Shown here: positions 1 to 12,164 of the stretch, in pieces
How the letters are laid out: the number at the start of each line of letters is the position of its first letter
Position numbering within the stretch: the first letter of the stretch is position 1
From: Mobula hypostoma
Taxonomy: Eukaryota
Assembly (NCBI RefSeq): GCF_963921235.1
Contig: NC_086108.1
Span: 55,864,001-55,928,000 of the forward strand
DNA length: 64,000 nt
Reading direction: 5' to 3'
The notes under the pieces: generated by a model
Databases searched by the model: none
What the model saw: only the letters and a program-made list of their open reading frames with translations
Told to the model about the DNA's origin: nothing
Position numbers and translations under genes: made by a program

Positions 1-1860
1 CATGGACCCTTCAGAAAAGTTGCTCACCACCCAAAGATTTGGTCTAATTTGATGTTAATTCTGAGAAAATACCTGGATCATATGTTAGGATAATGAAAGA
101 ATCCTAGGATTGTATAGATGAAAGGAAGCAGTAAACTTTCTTTGGATCAAACATGCAAAAAAAAACACAAAAATGATACATCCCCATAATGTCAGTTAGC
201 ATTTTTTAAACTCATTCACACCACATCCTTTGGGAATTAGGATCTGTTTATTGGGAAATGTAAGGGATTTTTCTGCTGGAAATGTTCTGGGAGTTATGTC
301 ATGTCATTTTCCAGGTTGTCAAAGCAGATGCATGTGCCAAGCTCAGACCTTTGTAGAAAGACACGAGTTTCATTAGGAATTGTGATTTCTTGTGTAACTT
401 AGCAGCTTGGATTCCAGTCTTTTTAGTTCAAAGAAAGCTCTTAATCCCTTTAGAACATTTTCTTTTTGGTTTCTGCATTAGTGATATATGCTGGAAAATT
501 GTTAGTTAATGTTTATTACCAGCAGTGTTAATAAGTTCAAATAAATTGTGGGCTAATTTTGATTTAATTAACAAATGAATTATATGACATCACCAGGATC
601 AAGTAAAAATTATCTTTTCTTTTTTTCTCTTTTTACTTTTCAAAATGGAAACTTTTGATTAGGAAGAGGTTTCAGCTCTATTTTCATAATTTCACTTCTT
701 AAAAACTGGTATTTTGGCGCACACATATTGCCTGATCCATGATAGGCCAAAATTTTTCAAACACACATTACCAATGTTAGGTATGATCACCCACAATTAT
801 AAATTGTCTTTTCAAACGGTAATATTTCACTGGATAATTGGGTAGTTGGAGGGCGTTGGAAGAGCATGGCGATGCCTTCCTCCTTTGCTTATACTCTGAA
901 ACCATGGCACCACTTTTCATTGTTCCTATTCATGATCTTAACAGTCATAGAAAAACATTGTCTATGTGCAGGTACTTCTAACCAACAATTTTAGAACAAA
1001 CTCTGGCAACATGAGTTTGTATTAGGAGACCTTGGTGAGCATTTAGATTTTTTACATGTATCATGTAGAACTAAGAGACTGTTCACTTGAATGCTTTTAT
1101 CCTTTAATTTATTTAGGTGTCTTGCCATTCTTCATCAGCTTGGGCATCTTTTGTATAGCATTGCAACCATATTCTTAGAACACATCCATTTTCTATTTAG
1201 AGCTCTGTATTTATACCATGTACATACTGTATAATGTTTGCTGTAAATTATTAATTTATACAGGTACATTAACATTGCCTTTAAAGTGGTGGTGTTGCTG
1301 TGTAGAAAATTTCAGGTGAAAATTCCCTTTTTACCTTTTTTTTAATAATGGTGTAATATAGAATAACCTGAACAGTGGTGATAAAGAGACATATGGAACC
1401 CAGAGGTCACAGATATTAAAGTTTTTCAGTTATCTGAAGTAATCCACCATAGATTCCAGTTTAAAACTATTCAATGTGCAACTATGAAGCAATGTCTGGG
1501 ATAACTGTTAAAAAGATAAAGCAACAAAACACAAAAAAAAAATTGCAGTCTGATGTCAGTACCTTTTAAAATACGTTTTAAGCTTTTGGTCCAAATTGTG
1601 TTAAAAAACAGTTCAACAGATTGAAACGTCTGCATGAGTAATGGGTTTATATGTCTGTTAAACATTGCAATGTTTCAGGTGGTGATTTCCTTAATGTTTT
1701 CTGAGTCTCACACAATGTATGGTACAGTATTGTATATTGTGTTCAGAAACCTTTTAAGAGATTTTTATATGAAGTGATTAAACAAAAGCATGGATATATT
1801 TTATGTTCCTTCAATTTTATTGCATTTTGGAAGTTATTAAATAGCACGATTGGTGCTTTT
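1..1860 (+). other. Possible 3' UTR / terminal region of an upstream host gene (TE-free, AT-rich)
   Basis: No recognisable repeat, U-rich tracts, TGTACATA (Pumilio-type element) at 1219-1226, several AATAAA/ATTAAA hexamers. No coding exon visible; inference only. Confidence 0.3.
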
Positions 1861-4465
1861 AAACTCAGTGAGTATAATACTCTGCATTTTAATTATTTTT
1901 CTCGTCATGTCCTCTTTTTATCCTGGTCACCCAGCATGCTTCACTCATTGTAATCTCTCCAGTTGCTATTCTTTATTGTCCACTCTAATTGCTCTCCAGA
2001 AGTTTGGCCTCCTTGAACCACTGCAGTCCTTGTACTGAGGCTACTGCTGTGAAGCAGCTTAACAGGGAACGGAAGAATTTTGCTGCAGCAGAACTGAAAG
2101 ATCCAGTGTATTTCCAGTTCAGAATAGCGTGCTGGTTGCATTGAGATGCTGTTCCCGTATACTGCCTTTAGCCTTCCGTCACAATAGATTTCATTCTTTG
2201 TTTCTCAGTGAGTTTCTGCATTTTATTATTGTTGCACATTGGAGTCATGGACTACTGAAAATGAAGGGAGAAAGTGTTTAAGGCAGGGGTTTGAATACCT
2301 GAATAAGGTTAAGATGTTGAAGTACTAATGGGACTGGCACGTAAAGAGTTTCCCATAGTATGGTTTGTGCATTGTAAATGGTGGAACGGCAATGGCAAAT
2401 GGAAAGTTAAGCCTGTTTTTGCAGAGTATCAAGTTTCTCCTTAGTGATGACCCCAGGCTGTTGAGGGAGTTAAATCTGAAGGTAGTACCTTTAAATGGTA
2501 GGTGATTTGTGGATGTATTATAGGAAATGTCCATTGGCCATGTCCATGTCCGAATGTTATTTGATAGCTTTCATTGCAAATTAGGCCATGCTGTGTGAGG
2601 GCACAGCATGTCCCCTTACCTGTTGAACTACAGGTGAAACAGATCAGCCAACAGTAAACTCAAATGTTGTCCTTTGTGCAAACTGAATTCTACCCATTTC
2701 CCAAATACTTCAGTTCTGCCAGGACGTCTCAGCTAAATGCTGTCTTGAAGTCAAGTCTCATTTCTGAAGTTTGGTGTCATCGGTCTTCTTCCTCCTGCCA
2801 CCACGTATATCTGTGACTTTCCAAACAAGGATTGTTGGCAAAGTTTGCCACTGGACTTTCATAGCTGATGTTCATATGGAGAGTATTACTGAATGCTAGT
2901 CAGCAATGGGAAGACTGGTTGATTTTCTTTATTTGTTCTGTGGTTATCAATAGAATTCGTATGTTGCCTTGTTAAACTGGGTAAGCAAAGACAGATTGTA
3001 AAAAGTAGTTTTAGTCTGTGATGCTTAGTTTTACGTGACTGATTTACCAACTTGAATGCTCAGGAATTCTTCTCAACTTCTGGAAAGCACTAACCATTTG
3101 TAACTCTGGTTATGTTTCTGGAGGTCACAAATAGGCAATGTGCTCAAACACAATAAGGAGTCATATAGAGTTGTACGACATAATATCAGGCTCTTCTGCC
3201 CATTGTGTAATGCTGACTATCATGCTTATCTATATTAATCTTATTTGCCTGCACTAATTCCATAGCTTTTCACATGCCTTGCACACACAAGTACTTGTCC
3301 AGATGTTGTTACTGTTTCAAAGTTCAAAGTAAATGCATGAACAAAGCACATATATGTCACTATATACAACCCTGAAATTCACTTTCTTGTGGGCATACTC
3401 AATAAATCCATTATAGAATAATAGCCATAATATAATCACCGAAAGACCGCACCAATATGGGCATTCAACCAGTGTGCAGAATACAATAAACAATGCAAAT
3501 ACAAAAAGAAACAAATAAATATCAAGAACATGAGATGATGAGTCCTTGAAAGTAAGTCCATAGGTTGTGGGAATATTTCAATGATGGGACACATGAAGTT
3601 GAGTGAAATGAACCCTTTGACACAACAGCCTGATTATTGAGGGGTATTAACTCTTTCTGAAACTGGTGATGTAAGCTCCTGTACCTTCATCCTGATGGCA
3701 GTGGTGAGGAGAAAGCATAACCTGATTGGTGGGAGTCCCTGATGACGGATGCTGCTTCCCTGCAACAAGGTTTTATGTAGATGTGCTCAATAGTGGGGAG
3801 GGCTTTACTCATGATGGACTGGGCTGTATCCTCTACTTTTTGCAGGGTTTTCAATTCAAGGCCATTGGTGTTTCCAGACCAGGCCGTGATGCAACCAGTC
3901 ATTACACTCTCTACTACACATCTGTAGAAGTTTCCCAAGGTTTTATATGTAGTGCTGAATCTCTGCAAACTCCTAAGGAAGTAGAGGCGTTCCCATGCTT
4001 TCTTTGTAATTGCACTCATGTGCTGGATCCAGGACAGATCCTCCAAAATAATAACACCAAGGAGTTTAGACTCTCTCTACCTCTGATTTTCCAGTGAGGG
4101 TTGGCTCAGGAACCTCTGGTTTCCTTCTCCTGAAGTCAATAATCAGCTCCTTAGTCGTGCTGACTTTGAGTAGGAGGATGACATCGTGGCACTCAGCCAG
4201 ATTTTCAGTCTCCTTCCTACATGCTGATACATTACCACCTTTGATTTGGTGTCACCAGCAAATTTGAATTTGGCATCAGAGCTATGCTTAGGTATACAGT
4301 CATAAGTGGAAAGTGAATAGAGCAAGGGCTAAGCACACAGCTTTGTTGTGCACCTGTGCTGTTGGAGATCATGGAGGAAATCTTGTTGCCAATCCAAACT
4401 GACTGGATCTGCGAGTGAGGAAATCGAGGATCCAATTGCACAAGGAGTATTGAGGCCAAGGTCTT

Positions 4466-4880
4466 TCTCCTCTCCTTCTTACCCCATCCCTTGTTTATTT
4501 TTATTCCCCCCCTTTCTTTTTTTTCTCTCTCTGTCCCTCTCATAATCACTCCTTGCCTGCTCTCCATCTTCCTCTGGGCTCCCCTCTCCCTTTCCTTCTC
4601 CCTGGGCCTCCTGTCCCATGATCCTCCCCCTTCTCCAACTCTGCATCCCTTTTGCCAATCAACTTTCCAGCTTTTAGCTTCATCCCTCCCCCTTCTGTCT
4701 TCTCCTATCATTTCGGATTTCCCCCTCCCCCTCCCCCTCCCACTTTCAGATCTCTTACTATCTCTTCTTTCAGTTAGTCCTGACGAAGGGTCTCAGCCTG
4801 AAATGTCGACTGTACTTCTTCCTATAGATGCTGCCTGGCCTGCTGTGTTCCATCAGTATTTTGTTTGTGTGTTGCTTGAA
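4466..4880 (+). mobile_element. Penelope-like element 3' (pLTR) fragment inserted in the Rex1 RT
   Basis: Pyrimidine-rich tract followed by AGTCCTGACGAAGGG...GAAATGTCGACT and GATGCTGCCTGGCCTGCTG tail, as at the end of the RT/GIY-YIG copy at 61220-62764. Rex1 sequence resumes at TTGAAGC. Confidence 0.85.
4776..4811 (+). ncRNA. Minimal type I hammerhead ribozyme motif (Penelope-associated)
   Basis: AGTC-CTGACGA-A-GGG TCTCAG CCT-GAAA-TG-TC-GACT: stem I AGTC/GACT, core CUGANGA and GAAA, GUC triplet. Confidence 0.7.
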
Positions 4881-5397
4881 GCTTAATGATTAGTTTTGAG
4901 AGGATGATGGTATTGATTGCTGAGCTGTCGTCAATAAAGAGCATCCTGATATAAGCACCTTTGCTGTCCAGATGTTCTAGGGTTGAGTGAAGAGCCAATG
5001 CGATGGTATCTGCTGTGGACCTGTTGTCAGGGTAGGCAAAATGGAGCGGATCCAAGTTGCTCCTCAGGCAGGAGTTAATATTTCATCACCAACTTCTCAA
5101 AACACTGACTCAATCACCTCTTCTGACAACTCATTCCAGTTATATGTACCAGGTATTCTGTGTGAAAAGATTGTCCCTTGTATCTCTTCTAAACCCTTAT
5201 TGTCCCGCATAAAAATCAATGCCTTCTAGTTTTAGATACCCTACTATGGGAAACAGATTCTGCCTATCTAGCCTATCAAGGCCTCCCATAATTTCATGTA
5301 CATTTATCAAGTTATCCCTGAGTCTCCTTTGCTCCGGGGAAAACGGACTCAGCCTATTCAATCTCTCACTATAACCCCAAGATCACCAGTGTAAACA

Positions 5398-7618
5398 GCA
5401 TCATCTGCATCCCCTTTCTTAATCTCCCTCACCTCTCTCCACTATTTCGATCTCTCTGTCTCCATCTCTGGAGCCAAAGTGTCAATCGACACCTTTCATA
5501 AACTGATCGATTCCCACCATAATCTTGACTATACCTCTTCCCACCCTGTCTCCGAACAATGTTATTCCTTTTCTCAGATCCTTTGTATCCACCATATCTG
5601 TTCCTAGGATGAGGCTTTCCCTTCCAGGCATCAGAGATGTCCTCATTCATCAGAGAACGAGGTAGCCCTTCCTCCACCATTGATGCTGCCCTCTTCCATT
5701 TCCCAAACATCCATGCTCACCCCATCTTCCCACCACCTTAACAGTGATGATGGTGTTTTCAGGTGATAGGAAGATTGGTGCAGGGGTAGGAAATGGTGAG
5801 GAAGCAATGCAGCGCTTAGACAAATTGGAAGAATAGGCAAAAAAAGTGGCAGATGGAATACGGTGAGAAATGTATGATAATGCATATTGGTAAAAGGAAC
5901 AATAGTGCAGACTATAAATGGGGAGAAAATTCAAACATCAGAGGTGCAAAGGAACTCGTGCAAGACTTACAGAAGGTTAATTCACAGGTTGAGTCTGTGG
6001 TAGAGAAGGCAGATTCAATGTTGGCATTTATTTCAAGGGGAATAGAATATAAAAACAAGGAGATAATGCTGAATCTTTATAAGACACTAAGCAGGCTACT
6101 TTTGGAGTATTGCCAACAGTTTTGGGACCCTTATCTCAGAAAGGATGTGTTGTCATTGGAGAGTCCAGAGAAAGTTCACGATGATTCCGGGAATGAAGGG
6201 GTTAACATACGAGGAGTGCTTGACAGCTTTGGATCTGTATTCACCGGAATTTAGAAGAATGTGGGGGAATCTCATTGAAACCTACCGAATGTTGAAAGTA
6301 CTAGATAAGGTGGATGTGGAGAGGATGTTTCCCCTGGTGGGGGGATATCCAGAACTAGAGGACACAGCCTCAGAACTGAGGGGCAATCTTTTAGAACAGA
6401 GATAAGGAGGAATTTTTTAGCGAAGGAGTGGTGAATCTGTGGAATGATGCCCCACAGACTGCTGTGGTGGCCAAGTCCGTGGGTATATTTAAAGCGCAGG
6501 TTGACAAATTACTGATTGGTCAGGGCCTCAAGGGATATGGTGAGAGGGCAGGTATATGGGGTTGAATGGAATCCGGGATCAGCCATGATGAAATGGTGGA
6601 ATGGACTCGATGGGCTGAATGGCCTAATTCTGCTCCTATGTCTTATGGTCTCTTGTTCTTACCTACCATCCCGTGGCCTCCACATCCAACACAACATCAA
6701 CATTTTCCACAACTTCCACCATCTCCTTAGGATGCCTACCACCAGGCATATCTTTACCTTACACCCCCTGCCCCCCATTTTCCACAAGGATCGCTCCCTC
6801 CATGATTCCCTTGGAATTTATCCTTCTCCAATAATCTCCCTGCAGACATTTATCCCTGTAGATGGCTAAAGTGCTACATCTGCCCTTTCACCACCTCAAT
6901 CACCTCTATTCAGGGCCCCAGGCAATCCTTCCAGGTTAGGAAACCTTCACGTGTGAATCTCCTGGGGTCATCTATTGTGTCTGGTGCTCCCAATGCAGCC
7001 TCCTCTATATTGATGAGATCCATCATAAATTGGGGAATCACTTCATCAAGCACCTCCGCTCCATGTGCCAAAAGCGGAACATCCTGGTGGCCAAACACTT
7101 TAATTTCAACTTCCATTCCTGTTCCTCTTGTTCCAAGATGAGGCCACCTGCAAGGTGAAGGAGAAACACCTTATATTCCTTCTGGGTAGCCTCCAAACTG
7201 ATGGCATGAATATAGATTTCTCCTTCTGGTAAAAAAAATTCTCCCCCCACCTCCTTTTCTTCTATTCCCCACTCTGGCCTCTTAACTCTTCTTGAGTCTA
7301 TCCTGTCTATCACCTCCCCTTGGTTCCCTCCTCTGTCCCTTTTTTCTCTGGTTCCCTCTCCTCTCCTATCAGATTCCCTTCTCTCTGGCTCTTTATCTTT
7401 CCTACCCACCTATCTTCACCCATCACCTTCTTGCTACCCTCCTCCCCCCACCCCCCACCTTTCTATTCTGGCATCTTTCCCTTCCTTTTCAATCCCGAAG
7501 AAGGGTGTCAGACCAAAGCATCGACAGTTTATTCATTTCCATAGATGCTGCCTGGCTTTCTGTGTTCCTCCAGCATTTTGTGTGTGTGTGTGTGTTGCTT
7601 TGGATTTCCAGAATCTGT
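5398..7618 (+). mobile_element. Penelope-like element (RT thumb + GIY-YIG remnant + tail), split by a CR1 insertion
   Basis: Collinear with the 61220-62764 copy; GGGGTCATCTATTGTGTCTGGTGCTCCCAATGCAGCCTCCTCTATATTG (~6964-7012) encodes a GVIYC..CSQC.LLYI GIY-YIG motif; degenerate hammerhead near 7490-7527. Confidence 0.8.
5751..6650 (+). mobile_element. CR1 LINE 3' fragment
   Basis: LAFISRGIEYK...LEYCQQFWDPYLRKD peptide; terminal hairpin plus TCTTATGG tail. Confidence 0.9.
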
Positions 7619-8809
7619 CGACTTTAATGTGCTTATCATCTACATGTGATATATACAATGTTAATATACAAAAATGTAGTCAATTCCTCACTCCTATCAA
7701 TATTGTCCAACTTACACATCAGAAACCTGAACCCAATGTACTTTATTGCCCAGAGAATGTTCTGCAGAAACTGTTGTATTTTAAAGATCAACACAGACCT
7801 CCACTCTATGACCATTTACACATCCATTATTCAAGACTAGCTAGTTGTTTCCCACTCAGCACTGTCATGGTCCCAGCAGCCCTGGAAACCACTCTGTGTA
7901 AGGGAGCATTTCATCCACATTGTCTCTTATTTTCCTAATAAACTCTAATTCTATTAGAAGCCAGACAGTTTTCCAGCATCTCTTTGAGGGGATTTGTTGA
8001 CATAGAAATACTGCTTTGCTGCAAAGTTTGCATCTTTCAAGTACCCAAGGGGGCTAAAGTATTATCACAGTACAGTGGCTGCACTGAATACTAACTGAAA
8101 CAGTAAAAGGGAAGCAAGAGGAACATTAAAAAAGCATTTGGGGAATTCCAATTTAAAGAGAAATAAAATAAATGAACACTAGCTCTAGATGTGTGAGGTA
8201 TCACTGAAATATATGTCTGTCTAAATTTTCTTCATTATTCACAATTACTGCTGTATTGTCAAAAGGAACTGCTGACTGATTTTCCACAGAAAGGATCAAA
8301 TTAATATCAGCTAAATCAGAATGTACCTATTGCTAATCATTTGAGCTAAATATGGCCTCCAGGTAATTAAAGCCTTGACACATCATCTGGTGGTTCTATA
8401 ATGATTTTGACGATGAACTGAATCTTTCATCCAACACCAAGGAAAAACAGAGGTAAAGGCCCTCATACACTACCTTCAAGATCATGCTATTTCAATTCTG
8501 CCATGTTTGCACACATTTGTCACACATTTATAGGCACCAAGGCCTCAAGTGTTGGGATAGTTTCTCCGAAAGATTTTCTCTTCCTATTTCAAATTTTTAA
8601 AACTCTTTTCCCCTCTGATGCCCTCCTTAAAATCTAACCAGCCAAGCAGTTGGTTTTTAATATCTTTGATCAATGAGATTGAAATGTTTTGAGACAGTTC
8701 ACAATGCAAGCCAAATTGTGAAGCTGTTTATTGGGCAGATGCAAAATTAGGGAGCAACACAGAGATAAATTGGATGTAGGACCAGAGCCATTGGGTATGT
8801 CAAAGTATT

Positions 8810-9480
8810 CTAAGTCCATTTATTATCGAACTTGTATGCAGCATGCAACCTCGAGATTCGTCTTCCCCACAGACAGTCACGAAACAAAGAAGAACCATGG
8901 AACCCGTTCAAAAAAATCCATCTAACTTCCCTTCTCCCACATGCAAAAAAACCGTGCAAACGGCAACAAAAAATGAGCAAAAAGCACAGAATATAAAACA
9001 CAAAATCAAAAGCCATATTTCAGTTCAGCTCAGTATTCCTTATCTACAGGATGCCCTGATTTAACATTTGCCTAAGCTATCAACAAAAAAAAATAGGAGA
9101 GACCAGATAAACTAGAAATAAACATAGTGAGAACTATCCAATCCACAAAACTGCATAGATTAAACCTTGCTCCAGCACTGTCCTCTGACAACATCGAGGG
9201 AGAGAAAGAGAGAGAGAGATCATTCAAATACAAGGGCCTTCCCTTGGGAGCAGCAAGTAAAAGGGAGAGAGAGAGACCATCACACACAGGCATCTTTCTC
9301 AAGCAGCAGTGAGCGAGAGGCAGGTAGACAGTGTTGAACACTCGTTCAGCCTCTTCACCTGCCTTGACAACTTCAAACTTGGCGTTTCATTCGGTGAGAT
9401 CGGTGAGAAATGGAGTCAATCCTGGGCCGGCACTGCATCTCCTGCCTTCCTGTCCTCTAAGCTGCACACTTCACTCACAG
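8810..9480 (-). mobile_element. Non-coding LINE-tail-like repeat (Rex1/L2-type 3' end), decayed
   Basis: TTTATTATC...CAACCTCGAGATTCGTCTTC resembles the tail at 3317-3400; right boundary uncertain. Confidence 0.45.
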
Positions 9481-9489
9481 CCTCAAAAA

Positions 9490-9625
9490 GCCTCCACCTT
9501 TTAAATCTACTCCTCAGCTTTTCCCTCCAGCCCTGCCAAAGGGGTTCGGCCCGAAACGTTGACTGTGCTCTTCTATTAGATGCTGCCTGACCTGCTGAGT
9601 TCCTCCAGCATTTTGTGAGTGTTTC
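9490..9625 (+). mobile_element. Penelope 3' fragment with degenerate hammerhead
   Basis: CAGCCCTGCCAAAGGGGTTCGGCCCGAAACGTTGACTG followed by GATGCTGCCTGACCTGCTGAGTTCCTCCAGCA. Confidence 0.75.
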
Positions 9626-9629
9626 TCAA

Positions 9630-12150
9630 CTTCTGTATTCAATTCCCTGATAGGTGATGGCTAATGTGTCAAATGTTTCCTTCACCACCTTATTTAACTG
9701 TGACACCATCTTCAGTGAGCTATGAATTTGCACTTCTCAGTCTGTCTGTCACAATGCTCCTCTTGGCCCTACAGTCACTGTGCAAGTCTTACCCTGGTTT
9801 GATCTCCTAATACACTCTACCGCTCATTTATCTGATTGAAAGTCATTTGTTAATCCTCAACCCACATACCTCACTCATAAAGATCTCACTCTAATGCTTC
9901 ATAATCTTCTAGATTGTCTTCAAGACCACATATTTTAGAATCATCTGCAAACTTACTTGCCTTGTATATTCACATCCAAGTCATTTATATAAATTACAAA
10001 CGACAAAGGTCCCAACACTGACACCTGTGGGATACCATTAGACACAGGCTTCCATTCCAGAAAAAAGCCTCAACTCAGCTTCCAATCACTGAGACAATTA
10101 TGAATCCAATCAGCTATGCCCCCTAGATTCTATGTGATCTAATCTTACAGTGTAGCTTGCCATGAGGGACGGTGTCAAAGCTCTTGCTAAAATCCGTATA
10201 AAAAAACTTCCACTGCACTATCCTCTCGGTTACTTCCTCAAAGAATTCTAACGTCAGACATAATTTCCCACGCATAAAGCTGCACTAGCTCTCCTGAATC
10301 CAACCCTGACACTCCAAATGCATGTAGATCTTGTCCTTCAGAATCTCTTCCAGCAATTTATCCAACACGATGTCAGATTCACTAGGCTGTAGTTTCCTAT
10401 CTTGTTTTTGTAACCCTTTTTAAATAATGGTACTACATTGGCCTCCACATTTGTGGCCAGAGATGAAGCAAAAATCTCTGTACGGTCCCCCGCAATTTCT
10501 TCTCTGGTTTCCCACTAGGTTTGAGAATCTACCAGGTTTATCCATTTCAATAGACTAAGGCTTCCAATACCTTCTTCTTGCTAATTTGTATATGGCCCAA
10601 CACAGCACCACGCTCAGCCATTTCCTTAGCTTGTATTGTTTTCTCCACAGTACAAATTGTTGAGAAATATTTATTAAAAATCATTCCCATTTCTTTTGGC
10701 TCCACACACAGAAGAGCCTCAATATCTTTTACCCTAAATGTGCCAGCCTTCCTGTTCACCCTAACAGAAGCACACAGATCCTGCACTCTTGACATCACTC
10801 GTCTAAAAACTTGCCACTTTGCAGATGTTCATTTCCCTGCAAGCAATCTCCCCCACTCATCCTCTGCAAGATTCTGCCTATTGGCTCCAAAATTTGTTCT
10901 GTCCCATTTCAACACCCTAACTTATGAAATGGTCATAACCTTCTCCAAAACTCTTTTAAAACTAAATGTATTATGGTCTCTGAATCCAAAATGCTCACTA
11001 ACACAAACTTCCACCACTTGTCCAACCTCATTCCCCAGGAGGAGGTCCAGTGTGGTTCTCTCTTTAGTAGGTCCTTCCTTATATTGATAAAGGAACATTT
11101 CAAAGGTTTCAAAGGTACATTTAATGTCAGAGAAATGTGTATGATATACATCCTGAAATGCTTTTTGCAACCATCCATGCAAACAAAGGAGTGCCCCCAA
11201 AGAATGAATAACAGTTAAAAATTAGAGCCCTAAAGTACCTCCCCCCCACCGGCTCCCCTCTCTCCTGCACGTAAGTGGCAGCAAGCAACGATCCACCCTC
11301 CCCAACCAGCAAAAATAAAGCATCGGCACCCACCACTGAGCACTTAAGCGGGCAGCGAAGCAACAGCAAAGACACAGACTTGCAGTACCCCAAAGACTGC
11401 TCGTTCACCACAGGCTCTCTCTCTCCCTAATAAGAGAGAAAGAGATGTCTCCGTTTCACAGCGAGAGGAGAGACATAACAAACAACTTGCTGGTTTATGA
11501 TGTTAGAAGTCCATTGCATCACTTTTTCTGAGCTCTGTGACTAAACTTCTCAGGTCTCTGGGCACACAGCCATAAATCTTCCAACTCCCATGGTCTCCTG
11601 CTGGGACACTGACCTTCTATCCGCCCGTCTCCAGAGCCACAAGATCTTGGCCCTCCAAAGGCAATCTGAGCTCTTGTGGGTTCCATTCCCGCAAAGAACT
11701 GAAGTCAGCATGTAACTCCAGGTCAGGTTCTTCAAAAGAACCCTGAAAGAGAAATAGAGTTGTTTCCGAAGATGCAAGCAAAGGAGTCACTGGTAGGTGC
11801 CATTGTCTCTCCTAAGCTCCTCCTGGACACGTTTCACAAATTCTATTCATTCCACTTCTTACAGTATAGTTGGATGAGCCAATATGAGGGAAGTGATAAC
11901 CTCCCATTGATACAACCCTGTTACGATTACAACTAGCTGCAATCTCTCTACATATCTGCTCCTCTAATTCCAGCTGACTTTTGGTGGGGGTATAATACAA
12001 TCCCAGTATTCCATACTTTGTACCCATTTGGCCTTACTGGATGACCTCCCAAAGGACATTTGTTATGACCTCCTTTATCAAGAAGCCAACACACCCCCCT
12101 CCCACTCCCACCAGGGCATTTGTCACACTGAAACATCTGTATTACCTATT
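9630..12150 (-). mobile_element. Old fragmented CR1 LINE (EN and RT remnants)
   Basis: Minus-strand peptides NKYFSTICTVEK, PTKERTTLDLLLGNEVGQV...GFRDHN and LEEQICREIAASCNRNRVV. Confidence 0.8.
11100..11810 (-). mobile_element. Non-autonomous LINE-tail-bearing element nested in CR1
   Basis: Interrupts CR1 EN homology; (TTTCAAAGG)2 tail at left and a tail region resembling 3317-3400; no coding capacity. Confidence 0.55.
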
Positions 12151-12164
12151 GTGAGAAAATAATA

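Larger units (their letters stand above)
3317..5105 (-). mobile_element. Rex1/Babar-like non-LTR retrotransposon, 5'-truncated and decayed, interrupted by a Penelope fragment
   Basis: ORF fragments DPLHFAY...LEHLDSKGAYIRMLFIDDSSAINTI (4822-5055), STGAQQSCVLSP, KFAGDT and KKAWERLYFLRSL (3687-4046) follow Rex1-type RT order; short-repeat tail near 3317. Confidence 0.85.

Noticed and set aside
2614..2815. Minus-strand exon ending in a strong donor CAGGTAAG
   Set aside because: All three frames contain stops.
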